A stretch of DNA of 64,000 nucleotides, from NCBI RefSeq assembly GCF_006345805.1, contig NC_043000.1, forward strand, positions 123,380,001 through 123,444,000, given 5' to 3'. Shown in pieces: positions 39,780 through 52,432 of the stretch. The notes beneath the pieces were generated by a model, which did no database searches, was not told the DNA's origin, and worked only from the letters and a program-made list of their open reading frames with translations. Position 1 is the first letter of the stretch, and each line of letters opens with the position of its first letter. This stretch comes from Octopus sinensis (lineage: Eukaryota). The translations under genes and the position numbers were made by a program.

Positions 39780-40810
39780 AAAGAAATGAAGATAGAGAAT
39801 TAGATCAAAACACAATTAATAATCAACGAACTAGACTGAATACGAAGCATACAAATGAGAGAAAAAGGAGAAAGTAACATAACAAACGTATTAGATCAAT
39901 ACTGAAAACAGAGCTAAATGCAGAATAAATAAAGTGAAGTGATAGGCATCAATATTCTAGCTGTCACAGTAATAATTTATAGTTATTGTTAACTGAATAC
40001 TAAAGGAACTAGAAAGACTAGACAGAAAAAAAGGCAAGAAAATTAATAGCTGCATTCAGAATTCACGACCGAAAATCTGTCATAAGCATGTTTATATTTA
40101 CCTTGAATACAAGAAGGTAAGGGCTTTATGCAACTAGTTAATTATCGTAAAATATCCACTGTAGGGTAATAAAAATATCTGGTAAGGAATAATGGAAAAT
40201 TGATACAAATAACTACAAAAAAAAACTCTTGTCTATTTATGATAGTAACAGATACGAAACAGAAGCTGAAATGACAAAGATTTGTGAAGAGAGAGAAGAA
40301 ACAACAGAAATTGAAATAAAATTAGAATGAGCAAATAATAAAGCTACAGGGTGCTATGGTGAGGAAATAACATGAATGCTCCTTCACAGCCAGTATTTGA
40401 AAAAGCTAAATATGGTAGAAATAAGCAAAAAATCAACATTGTCACACTGGTTGACTCAAAGCTGAAACTGAAGTATTTCTGATTCCAGCAGAGTATAAAA
40501 TCCTTATCCCCAGAAACCATATACACGAGGATATAAGCATGCAACGAAGCAGAATATGTGGAAGTTGGAAAGAAGTCGCATCATCTCTGGATGTCCCTTT
40601 TACACCAAAAAAAAAGGATACATCTACAGCTCTGACAGAGATGGGGGTATCATATGCAGAACGTTGCGTTAGTATCATAGAATACCAACAGAAAAGAGGT
40701 GATAGAAACATACATTAGATGTTTCAGAGAATAACAAAGTGACTTATACTCTGCGATACGCCAATGCACACGGAGATCAAGGGTAATCGGTAAAATATTC
40801 TTATCAACAA
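39780..40810 (+). mobile_element. Degenerate R4/Dong-like LINE, C-terminal region
   Basis: Broken readings LHSQYLK, LKAETEVFLIPA, RICG...IISGCP resemble the LHGQ / LK.ETEG.i.AAQDQ / CR.C..HI.SGC motifs of restriction-like-endonuclease LINEs. Confidence 0.55.
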
Positions 40811-42163
40811 TGACAACCAAAATAATAATAATAATAATAATAAATGCCCTGATGCAATACTATACAGTGGTTCTCATGGCTTCTGATCTTAACTAATTGG
40901 AAGTGTTATCATGTACATTGTTTTATCTTGGTATATAAGATGGGCTACAGCAAGTATTCTGCTTAATACCACAGATTTGCTTGTCAGTTGTTTGACCATA
41001 ACCGGTTGAGCATGTCGCTTAGTGGCTGACGGTATGTGGATCACTGATCACGAGCAGAAATAGTGGGGGAGCATCATAGCCGTGTGTTGAAAGGAATTCT
41101 TGGAGGTTTGGATAATTCGCCTTTGGAAACATGGGCGGTTCGTTCAACTTCCTTAAACAACCCTTATTCAGGGACCTTTTGAGCGGGATGGGTTACTCGA
41201 CCAGAAGAAAATTCTAACCGGGCCCCACCTGCAAGGTCATGCGCTGTTTATCTTGATATGAGATCACCATGTCGCACACATATAGCTGTGATGCATGTGC
41301 CTAGTGTGCCCTTATCAGACGGGTAGTCATGATGGGTATACTGGGCTTCGTATATTTTACCCCAGTGTCACTTTGACGGCATGCACTGCTCTCACTCAAC
41401 TCTCACTGTGTATGGAAAAAATTATTTCAAATTTTGGCACAAGGCCAGCAAGTTCGGGAGAGAGGATGAAGTCGATTACATTGATCCCAGTACGCAACTG
41501 GTACTTATTTTATCAACCCCGAAAGGATGAAAGACAAAGTTGACCTTGGTAGAATTTGAACTCAGAACGTAAAGACGGATGATATGCTGTTATGCATTTT
41601 GCCTTGTGTGTTAACGATTCTGCAGTTCTGCATACTATAAGACAGTACAAATGTCAACAAACATTACAAATCCAAGTCATTGTTATCGATGTTTCTAGAC
41701 TATCTCAACCTCATCACTAGGATTTGAAGTGTTGTTGGTAACTGCACTCTGTCTTATAGTGGACGACTTTTATTTATGCAGATTTAACTTATATGTTTTG
41801 ACCGTTAGCACTCCATGTAATTGTTACACATATTTTGGCCATGAGAGATACACGTTATCAGTCACGTGCTGATTCTGTTTGTAATGTGTGTACATATTTA
41901 TAAATTATAAATATCTGCGCAAGTTACATACCTTACTTTGTGGGCAGTAATTGTGTACTTTATTTCGGTTATGCAACGATAAGTACTTCAGTTATCAGTA
42001 TAAACTCATATCAAAACATTTGTAAAACTAATACTGTTCCCTCTATATGTAATAAGTGTGTTTGTGTGTACGTATATGCTATATATCACACACACACATA
42101 TATATACACATATATCATGATAGATCGCTAGCCATTACACATTCTTTATTTTCTCTCCTTGTT

Positions 42164-42201
42164 TCTTTCTGTGGAAGAGCGTAGGCTCGAAACGTTAAAG
42201 A
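42164..42201 (+). ncRNA. Minimal hammerhead-ribozyme-like motif (variant core)
   Basis: TCTTT-CTGTGGA-A-GAGC gtag GCTC-GAAA-CGTT-AAAGA; stems I and II pair; lies in a ~180-bp element between TA/CA repeats. Confidence 0.55.
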
Positions 42202-42613
42202 ATTTTTCACTTCCCGAGTGTTATACTAATGCAACTGTTTGTTGTCTACACCACCTGTCTTCGTCTTTTGTTTTTTTTTTGTGTGTGTGAATTCTCCCTA
42301 TATGTGTGTGTATGCGCGTGTGTATATATGCTGTAAACTGTGTATGTGTGTATGTATATATATATACAAAATATAAATAATATATAAATATATGCATATA
42401 TAGATATACATACATATATGTACTTACCTACATATATATGTATATATATACATGCATATATGGGTACAGGACATCAAAAAAAAAACTTAGACAGAATGAG
42501 AAACGAAAACATAAACAAAAACATAGAAGACAAACATTTTTTCGAACAACGAAAAAAACAGAGAAACGAGACATGCAACATAAAGAACATTCCCTTCATC
42601 AGTTGTCCCCATA

Positions 42614-42648
<35 letters not shown>

Positions 42649-42937
42649 GTAGTTTGTTGTACGTATGTATGTGTATGTGTCGGTGTTTTACGTATGTATG
42701 TGTATGTTTATTAGTGTAAACCGACATTGTTTCAACAACTTAGTGATTTAATAAATATTAATCGGTAAAAAACAAGTATCAAGCTGATATAACTGCTAAG
42801 TTTAACACGATCGACTAAAAACACATAAAGGTATTGCTGTAGCATGGCCGTAGTCCAATGATCTAAATTAGTAAAATAATAAATAAAAGAGTAAGATGCA
42901 ACGCCAGTGTTTGAAAGAAGTGAAAATGTTGACTTAC

Positions 42938-43156
42938 CCATTGTTCATAGTTTATACTTTGGTCAGAGAAATAACACTGCCGGCCAGTAATTCCAGTGTA
43001 GATGAGTTTGGGGAACTCAAATCCCATGATGAGAGCAACAGCCAGAAACAGTAATCCGGTGATGAAAATGCCAATACCTAAAATACGGCTTGATGTTCCA
43101 TGCTGGCGTACACCAGTCTCTTCGATTTTTTTACCCCAATATGATCGATCAATCAT
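42938..43156 (-). CDS. CD36/SR-B family protein, first coding exon (N-terminal TM helix)
   Basis: MIDRSYWG...ILGIGIFITGLLFLAVALIMGFEFPKLI...SINYEQW then GTAAGT, phase 0. TM followed by s..y..W is the CD36 layout. The start codon is uncertain (see findings). Confidence 0.85.
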
Positions 43157-43916
43157 TGGTGTATATTGCCATGAGAGACAACTATCAAACAATATAAAAC
43201 AGATTTGCCCCAGGTCGCAAAAATACAATCAGTTACGTCGGTAGTGGTAGCTGCAATGTTCTACTCGCCATATAATCTTACTTTGCTCTTGTATTATATT
43301 ATATAATATATTAGAATGTATTGTATTATATTAAAGCAGAATTGCTTACGATGTTGAATAGTCCTAAACAGAAGTACTTTGAATAAGCTGTTATGATATC
43401 AAAATGTTTCAGAATGTAGCCTTTTTAACTGACTGCCATAAAAATACCTTTTCGACATTATATCAACACCGTGTTAAGCAAACAAATGAATAATTGTTAG
43501 ATGGAAAACAAGGCAGCTGAGGTCTGAGATTCTTCGAAACTTTCAGATGAAAGAAATCAATAAGAAAGAAGTGAAAAGTAATTGTCATTTCTGGTTATAG
43601 TTAGACTGCAGTTGTATTTTAGTTAAAGCCATTTATTATTTATACTGGTAGAATTCGAAATTTCTTTGAAATATCAATTAAATTATTAATAGTTATCGCC
43701 AAGCTAACATAGCAGTCCAGGAAAATAGGACGAATGTTGCCGTTGGACTGCCATGTTAGCTTGGCGATAACTATTAATATCCAGTACCGCTGCCGTAGTC
43801 TCCTTTAGAGAGATTTAGAAATATTAATATTTCTACCAATTAAATTCGAATCTTAAAAAAGAGCACGTCAGCCTTACTGTTTGCATAAAAATTGTTAGTA
43901 ATATTATGTATATTCT

Positions 43917-44118
43917 TAAAGCGGCGAACTGGCAGAATTGCTCCCGGGCAAAATGCTTGGTGACACTTTGTCCGTTTTCAAATTCTGCTGAGGCTGACTT
44001 TGCCTTTCATCTTTCCGAGGTCGATAAAATAAGTACCCGTTGAATACTAGGGGTCGATGTAATCGACGTATCCCTTCCCCCGATATTGCTGGCCTTGTGC
44101 CAAAATTTGAAACCAATA
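43917..44118 (+). mobile_element. SINE family A copy (alternative tail)
   Basis: Head gcggcgaactggcagaa, central box, tail ggccttgtgccaaaatttgaaac shared with the 41420-41625 (-) copy. Confidence 0.75.
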
Positions 44119-45312
44119 TTGTGCATATACTTTAATAATTGTTTCTTATTCTCCTAGCTTCTGATTTCTTCTTTTCTTTCTGAAAAACATTATTTTCAGA
44201 GAAATTTAAAGCAGCTTTTTGTTCAAGTTTCAAAAATTGATATACAAAAAAAAAAAAAAAATAGTTTGTATGTCGCAAAATCTTCTGCTTAGTAGCAACA
44301 GCAGAACCTGAAAAATCAAATAGTAACAACATCAGTGTTAAAGTCGTTTTAGTTAAATACATTTTCAAGCAGAAAAACAAATAAACTGCTTCGATATTGT
44401 ACGTTATAATTATATTAAAACGATTACTAATCCAATTTCTGTGAGAAATACGACAAATGCACAACTTTTGCAAGACTTCTGATGGACGTCATTGCAGAAA
44501 TTATTGAGACGAGTTTAAATCATGTCAACAGAAATGTATTTCCATACTTTTCCTCTATTGGTTAGTTTTAAAATTGCATTATATCTTGCATGTTTTTCGA
44601 CTGCTCTTTCTTCAGTTTGTTATTTAGAATATTCATGGATTATTTAGTTAAAACTAAACCGAACACAGCAGTCACTCACAAACGAGTACGACTTGTTAGC
44701 ATGTATCATGTTTTCGCTCATTGTTTTAAATACTATTGTATCGCAAACACACATAGACACCCTAGATTGTGACAGCTAAAGGAAAAGAGGGTTATACCAA
44801 CACGGCTATTACTTATTTTACCCGAGCAGACAAGAACAAGTCCAACACTCTAACTCTAGTCCATGTTTATTTAGATACGGTACTCTTAGAAAAAGGGGGG
44901 GGAAAAAAAGGCATTATATAACATTTCTTAGAGCATACGAAATGATATATTTTCTATCCATTTCTCTCCTCGTTCTAAAATACTTTGTGGTTTAAATCTC
45001 TCAGAAATAACTTATAGACCGTAAGTCCGAATTATCATAGTCTCATTCAGCTTTGGGTTGATCAAAATCCATGCATGTTCTCTCAATGTTTATATATAAG
45101 TCAGTAATTAGAGCACATCAGCTAGTGGTTTAATTATGGCCGTTAGGAAAATTACGTAACATATTTCAGAACTTATGAAATCATTAGTTCCAGGCAATAA
45201 TATATTTCTAGACTCGCTCCAAAATGCCTTTCCACAGGACTCGTATATGTATGTGTCTGTTTGGTAATTGTTTTGTTGTTCTTCAGTCTTGTCTCCATCA
45301 GCATTCCGATAT

Positions 45313-45714
45313 TCTTTTCTACTCTAGACACAAGACTCGAAATGTTAGGGGAGGGGCCAGTCGATTAGATCGACCTCAGTGCGCAACTGGTACTTAATTT
45401 ATCGACTCCGAAAGGATGAAAAGTAAAGTCGACCTCGGCGGAATTTGAACTCAGAACGAAAAGACAGACGAAATACCCATTTCTTTACTACCCACAAGGG
45501 GCTAAACACAGAGAGGACAAACAAGGACAGACAAACGGATTAAGTCGATTATATCGACCCCAGTACGTAACTGGTACTTAATTCATTGACCCCGAAAGGA
45601 TGAAAGGCAAAGTCGACCTCGGCGGAATTTGAACTCAGAACGTAAAGACAGACGAAATACCGCTAAGCATTTCGGTCACCCGGCGTGCTAATGTTTCTGC
45701 CACCTCGCCACCTT
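45313..45714 (-). mobile_element. Tandem SINE family A dimer
   Basis: A full copy (45476-45714) abuts a head-truncated copy with a different tail. Confidence 0.88.
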
Positions 45715-46611
45715 ATCAGCATTCCAATATTTGGTTCTATAGTTACAGCATTGGATCACTCATTCCTCCTCATTTCCTTAACTTCTGGAAGGGATATTCG
45801 TTACAAGAATTATTGAGCATCTGCTTACAGACCCATATGTACCCAGGCGGTCTCTCTACTGTCCGTTTGTCTTTCCAAAATATTAAACGTCTTTCCGGTC
45901 TGTCATCCGTCGCTCAAGAGTTGTAAGTAAAGTAGATAATAAATACTACTCATGAGTACTGCAACCAGATTTCTGCTCCTCTTTAAGACTTGCGATGGTG
46001 ACGGAAATTATGAGATACCACTCACACGCCCTACTGTGACACCTCGGCCTGATACTCTCTAACACGAAAATTGATTTAAAGCGAAGCCAGAAATATATTC
46101 TCATATACATTTTTTTTTCTTTTACTTGTTTCAATCACTGGACCACGGCCATGCTGGGCCACAGCAATGAAGAGACTGTTTTCTATGACATATTTTTCCT
46201 TGAGTTGGTTATCGAGCTAGTTTCAGTAAAACAACTGAAACTATGTCCAGATTCCTTGGCTAATTTTATTAATGATTTTATAATCATTTTTCTTTCAGTT
46301 TTTTTTTTTTTTTGTAAGAAAATTCAACCACGTTAGTATTAAACCTATGATTTCTCATTCATTCTTTGGTCTTTTTAATATCGAAAGTGCCATCAATTTC
46401 TGGTTGTTTTCTTCACAATCTTTCGCATCCGCATTTTCCAACGTCTTCTTTCAAGTAATTTATCATTGTTCATTAGAGTGAATGAACAACGACTAAACCA
46501 CCCCATCCTTCAATACAAAACGTTGATTAACTCTATTCTATAAATACATGCCTCCCACATAATCTGTTGCTACACATCCGTTGCTAAGTACCACTTTCAC
46601 TGCACACCTCG

Positions 46612-46662
<51 letters not shown>

Positions 46663-46883
46663 CTCACTCTCTCATTCTACTTCTCTTTCTCTCTCATTCT
46701 ACCACTACCTCTCTCTCTACTTCAATGTTTTTCAAATCTGTTGGCGTTCCTTTTATTTTTCCTCCTCTCAGTGTATCAATTGTCACCTCTTCCTCCTTCC
46801 TTACTTCTCTCTTCTCTCTCTCCCTCTCTATCTCTCCCTACCTCTCCTTCTCTCTCCCCTCTCTATCTCTCCCTACCTCTCCT

Positions 46884-46914
<31 letters not shown>

Positions 46915-46973
46915 GTTCAATAACTCATTCATTAATCCTATTACATCCTTCAATACGATTAACATTTCTTCTC

Positions 46974-47006
46974 TCTCCGACGAAGGGTTCTACCCGAAAC
47001 GTTAGA
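46974..47006 (+). ncRNA. Minimal hammerhead-ribozyme-like motif
   Basis: TCT-CCGACGA-A-GGG ttcta CCC-GAAA-CGTT-AGA; one change from CTGACGA; next to (CT)n repeats. Confidence 0.6.
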
Positions 47007-47369
47007 CTTCTCTCTCCCGCCGCTGCCGCCACCACCACCACTGCATCAAATATATTTCATTGTTCAAACTACTATTGTTACTATTTACCAACTCAGAACG
47101 GAATAGTTGCTTGACTAACAGCATCACCACTTCCCTTGGATTCTACTGTCGTGACTAAACTAAACACTAGTGACCAAGTCTGGGAAACAGGACATTTTCA
47201 GCGGTAAAATATTTAAAGTGCTTACGAAATTATTTAATGACTTTTTAAAAGAGCCAAAAACAAGACTTGAACGGCAAGCTGAGAGAAAAACTAACTTCAA
47301 GACTAAAAGAGACCCATAATCTTGCTGCGTACAGATTACAAAATCTTTAACTGCAATGATATTACAGAG

Positions 47370-47790
47370 AATAAAAAGACTACACGATAAAAGGCAGGGA
47401 TGTTGCAAAGGCTCATATAGCTGTAAAGATAAAAAAATGTCGAATCGAGACTGGATTTTAGAAAGTTTTTGATAGCGTCCCTCACACATGGATTCTGAAA
47501 AAATCACCAATAATAAGCTGATCCATCAAACACATCATGAATAAATTCTGGAGATAAAAGCAACAGAGGGGATTATACGAACAAATCCAATCTTAATCAG
47601 AATAAAAATATTTAAAGAATACTCCCTTTCTCTACTGCTTTTCTTCTGGGCTTTAGCATCTATTACAGAACGTTACAGAAAACTGAATTCGGATACATAT
47701 GTATCTCAAATTACGTACTGCAAATGATAAACAACTAGAAACTCAGCTGCAGAGAGTACACAGATTTATTTGAAAAACTCATATAGAATT
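47370..47790 (+). mobile_element. Degenerate R4/Dong-like LINE RT fragment
   Basis: Broken readings QGCCKGSYSCKD, DFRK.FDSVPHTWILK, IFKEYSLSLLLF (cf. QKGC..GCKD, D.kKAFDSVPH.WI, IFQGDSLSPLLF). Confidence 0.7.
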
Positions 47791-48009
47791 TCGAATAGAT
47801 ATTATCTGGCTATGATATTTCGTATCGAAACGAATATTTTAGTACCGATTTCTTGCAAGGTTAATAATTGATTTAAACTGATCACAAAATGATGATCATC
47901 AATCAAGTTGGAACGCTCTATGAAATTAAATTATATCTTTTTTGGAACAGACAAATCACAAATAAGTCAGTGTTTTAGTCTAAGAAAATTGTTAGGATTT
48001 GTTCATTTT

Positions 48010-48050
<41 letters not shown>

Positions 48051-48665
48051 AAAGAGAATGCTAAATGCTAAAATGGATATCTTGCATATTCAAAAAGAAG
48101 TCGGTAAGGATTAGGAAATACTTTTTAAAGCAGTGTAGTAGACATTATATCATCCTCATCATCATTATTATCATCATCGTCATTAACCCCTGGATATTAT
48201 TGTCTCGAATCCTAGGACTCACAGGGCAGGTGACCTGGTGAATATTCCATGGCGAATAAGTAACCGTGATCTCAACTAACGCCAGTCTATCGCAGGATTA
48301 CTCATTAACAGCTGAGCAACTGAAATGAAGTGTGTTGCTCATGGAGACAACTTACCACTCAGTCTGGGGTTTGAAATAAAGATCTTGCGATCGTGAGAGC
48401 AACACCCTAGCCGTAGGCTTTATATTACACCGTATTAAAGTTATGGTGAGACCCAGTAATCGTTTTTTAAGATGTTGAACTCTCAATGAAGGTAAAACAT
48501 GACAATAGTAGAAATATATTTCCGACTGTCTTTCGTTTGCACACTTATTCGTTGATGAATCATTGAGTTGGTACTTCATGTGATGCACGGTCATTGTCAG
48601 CAGTATTTCGCCATTTCGGTTATATATTCGTCACAGACAGGGAAACAAAGATATTTTATCAAGCC

Positions 48666-48899
48666 TAAGGCGGCAAGCTGGCAGAAACGTTAGCACGCCG
48701 GGCGAAATGCGTAGCCGTATTTCGTCCGCCGCTGCGTTCTGAGTTCAAATTCCGCCGAGGTCGACTTTGCCTTTCATCCTTTTGGGTTCGATAAATTAAG
48801 TACCAGTTACGCACTGGGGTCGATGTAATCGACTTAATTCCTTTGCCTGTCCTTGTTTGTCCCCCTCTGTGTTTAGACCCTTGTGGGTGGTAAAGAAAT
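48666..48899 (+). mobile_element. SINE family A, young full-length copy
   Basis: CpG-rich intact copy; 16-bp TSD AGATATTTTATCAAGC at 48649-48664 and 48900-48915. Confidence 0.92.
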
Positions 48900-49771
48900 A
48901 GATATTTTATCAAGCTTGGACACAGAGTAGAAGTGTCCCCTGTCATTGTAATGGCCAACTATGAAAACGAGATATTACCAATAAAACAAACTGAATAATT
49001 ACGGGTCTGAATCAGTTGTACATTGAAGCCACAAGTCCAAGCCAGCCCTCCAATAATATACAATCAATAACAATATTTGAGGCATGAAGACAACTACAGA
49101 CAAATACAGATAAATCTATAAACTGACGAACATGAGAGACAAAATGATTAAGAATCAAAACATTCGCATAAAAAATAAAAAGATATATTGACATTGTTTT
49201 GCCGTTGTTTGCCTTGAACCTATATGTATGTGTGTGTACATATATACATATGTATGTATGTATGTATGTATGTATGTTGCACCTAATAAGCGCCGCCTTG
49301 TTATTCAATCGTTGTGAGATGCATATAATCTGGATTTCAGGCATTTACCCTCTGTCCGAGAGAAAGGAAGATAAGAAGGTCGTTCAGCCGGTACCTTGAT
49401 CCGGGGATGAGACTTGTGATTAAATACCCAAACTTACCGTAAAAGGTTAAAAAAAATCACCGATCGCTTGAGTTTTGAGTGGGCCTTTCTCCTGGGCCTC
49501 AAAAATTGTTTTGTTTCGACTTACCTTGACAAATTTCTCTCAAATGCCCTGGGTGTGAGAAGATAAAACATCTGGGGTGCAACGAAAACAAGGAAGGGTG
49601 AAGCTAAAAATTATAGCGAGGATGGTAAAGAGAGTCAATACCCCAAACAATACCCCAAACGAACAAAAATACCTACGCAAACTCGCATTCACACAGATGC
49701 ATTTATATATATATATATATAATATATATATATATATATGAGAAAGTTGGTGTGTGAAAGCACGTGGTTGA

Positions 49772-50590
49772 ATATATAGAAAATAGTAAAAAGTGAAAAA
49801 ACTACAGAAGGCTTGTTTTAAAAGGTTAAAAAATATATATTTGAGTCAATATGTCTGAAGAATGATGTCAGCCCGAGCATTTTATGACATAAATTATGTT
49901 TTCAGAGGCACAAGTAAAATTAGATTTGATCTTGAATTTCTGTACCTCTTTGAAGAGGAATTCTGATCCTTCTAGCAGGTTTGGACATGTTGCACAGTTC
50001 GGTCTACCACATTTTTTTACTTTTGCATCCGTAATTTCAGAAAACAATTTTGCCTTTGTGAGAATCTTTTTAAGTGATTTAGGTTGACGTAGATGCACAC
50101 TGAATCGACAACAGATTGCATTCCCAGAATACAGAATGATACCCTTTAGTGAGCACATTGAGAAATGCGCAAAGCAACTACTACCACAATTTTTAATCTT
50201 TCCATTCTACCAATGTGCTATCGGAACACCAACACAAATTAGACTAAACAAGGAAACATTCTTCATTGAAAAATACAAGCCCAAACTTAACCATTCCAAC
50301 ATACTTATACAGAGAAACTCAGTCCAAAAGAAAGGCAAATAATTTTAAGCGATTATCTCCCTTAGACCGGAAGAAATCACTTATTACCTCCCCTTATCTA
50401 GATCACCGCTCAACGTAAACATAACGATTTAAGAAATTTGAAAAGCTGAACGCGAAACCGGTCATTTCTTCTAAACTATGTCATTGTATGAAAAAAAATT
50501 ATAACATTCTTCAGACATATTGACTCAAATATATATTTTTTAATCTTTTAAAACAAGCCTTCTGTAGTTTTTTCACTTTTTACTATTTTC

Positions 50591-50597
<7 letters not shown>
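49772..50597. mobile_element. Truncated, internally inverted Penelope-like element (Neptune type)
   Basis: Minus strand reads RQPKSLKKIL...CGRPNCATC...FTCASENIIYVIKC (Cys linker plus GIY half-motif). Plus strand reads ...EHIEKC...RLNKETFFIEKYKPKLN (GIY-YIG C-terminus). 93-bp inverted terminal repeats; (TA)n on both flanks. Confidence 0.85.
50431..50470 (+). ncRNA. Minimal type-I hammerhead motif in the PLE pLTR (decayed core)
   Basis: AAGAAAT-TTGAAAA(cf. CTGAAGA)-GC tgaac GC-GAAA-CCGGTC-ATTTCTT; perfect 7-bp stem I. Confidence 0.7.
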
Positions 50598-50624
<27 letters not shown>

Positions 50625-50720
50625 ATTTTTATTTAAAAAAAACAAGAATAAACACAAAAATAACAGCGTGAGGACGTGATACATGTAAAGTAGTAGTAGA
50701 CGGTCAGGAAAGGAAAGATA

Positions 50721-50755
50721 GTTTAACGTTTCGAGCAGCGCTCTTCTTCAGAAGC
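50721..50755 (-). ncRNA. Minimal hammerhead motif with intact core
   Basis: Minus strand reads GCTT-CTGAAGA-A-GAGC gct GCTC-GAAA-CGTT-AAAC; in a ~160-bp element between (TA)n tracts. Confidence 0.7.
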
Positions 50756-50789
50756 AGAGGAAAGTCTAATAGAAAAGGAAGAAGATACA

Positions 50790-50796
50790 TACATAC

Positions 50797-50878
<82 letters not shown>

Positions 50879-50956
50879 ATAATTATATATATATATATAT
50901 ATATTAATATATATATATATATCATATATATTATATATATATATTATATATATATC

Positions 50957-50995
<39 letters not shown>

Positions 50996-51036
50996 ATATA
51001 TATATATTATATATATTATATATTATATATTATATA

Positions 51037-51075
<39 letters not shown>

Positions 51076-51420
51076 TTATATATATATATATATCATATAT
51101 ATATATTATATATATATATATATCATATATATATATCATATATATAATATATATATATCATATATATCATATATATATCATATATATCATATATATATAT
51201 CATATATATATATCATATATATCATATATATATATATATATAATATATATATATATATTATATATAATATATATATAATATATATATATAATATATATAT
51301 TATATCATATATATATATTATATTATATATATTATAATATATATATATATATATAATATATATATATATCATATATATATATCATATATATATATATAAT
51401 ATCATATATATATATATATT

Positions 51421-51452
<32 letters not shown>

Positions 51453-51496
51453 GATATATATATATATATATAATATATAATATATAATATATATAT
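50790..51496. repeat. ~700-bp imperfect (TA)n microsatellite
   Basis: Directly visible. Confidence 0.95.
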
Positions 51497-52357
51497 GTCG
51501 CTCTCTCTCCCTCACTCCTCCTTTCTTGCTCACGTGGCTCCCATGGCCATCATTATTTCTTCTCCTAACTTGTGTTTCTTTTTCTCCGTTGTAGCTGGAA
51601 CAAGGAAGACGTGTTCTTGTCTGTCTCTTATCCAAGCTTGATTTACGCGTTCGCCACCACAACTTCGTTTAGGCTTAGTAGCCATTCCTGTTTGTTTCCA
51701 CTGTTCTGTTTGTGTTACCAATTTCGACCCTCCGCAAAATTCCATTTTTAATTTGCTTTGCGGGAACAACTTTTTTATCGAAAGCGTATATTGTTGTTAA
51801 ATGCTCGAAATATGAGAGTAGAAAAACAGCCAACAACTGATTAAGGGTCGTTCTTTATGTTATTAGTCTTGTTTTCCATTTGTGCCTTTCGTTGTTCGAA
51901 AAAATAGTTCATATTCCATGTACTCGTACTTCGTATTTTTTTGTACACGTTTCATGACGTCCTGTGCCCTCATGTGCATATATACATACATATAGATGTA
52001 TGTACATATACGTATGTATATATATATCATTAGATATTGATTTATTCTTTAAGCATGCAATCAGTTTTTGATGCGGAGAGATAAAGTTGACACCAATATA
52101 ATACGATTACTTATCGATTCCGGAGAATCGATATTTGATTACATAATAGACGCACCCCAATTTCAGTGTATTCAAGAAAATTAGTTTTTAGTGTATTTAT
52201 ATTTGTTTTTGTTTTTTTTTTTTGAGTCTGGTACTTATTCTACTGACATCTTCTGCTGAACCGTTAAGTTGTGAAGGCATTAACAAAGCAACAGATTGTC
52301 AAGCGGTGGCAAGCTGGGATGACAAACATAGACACGAACACACACACATATACATAC

Positions 52358-52432
<75 letters not shown>

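Noticed and set aside
40845-41400. GC-richer ~550-bp block that looks like an interspersed repeat or exon
   Set aside because: Single copy in the window, with no ORF, termini or TSD that I could verify.
42520-42610. Further hammerhead candidates (minus-strand CTGATGA...GAAA here; related sequence at 51835-51910)
   Set aside because: Stem II and the cleavage-site geometry could not be drawn convincingly, so they are left uncalled, although they are probably pLTR-derived.
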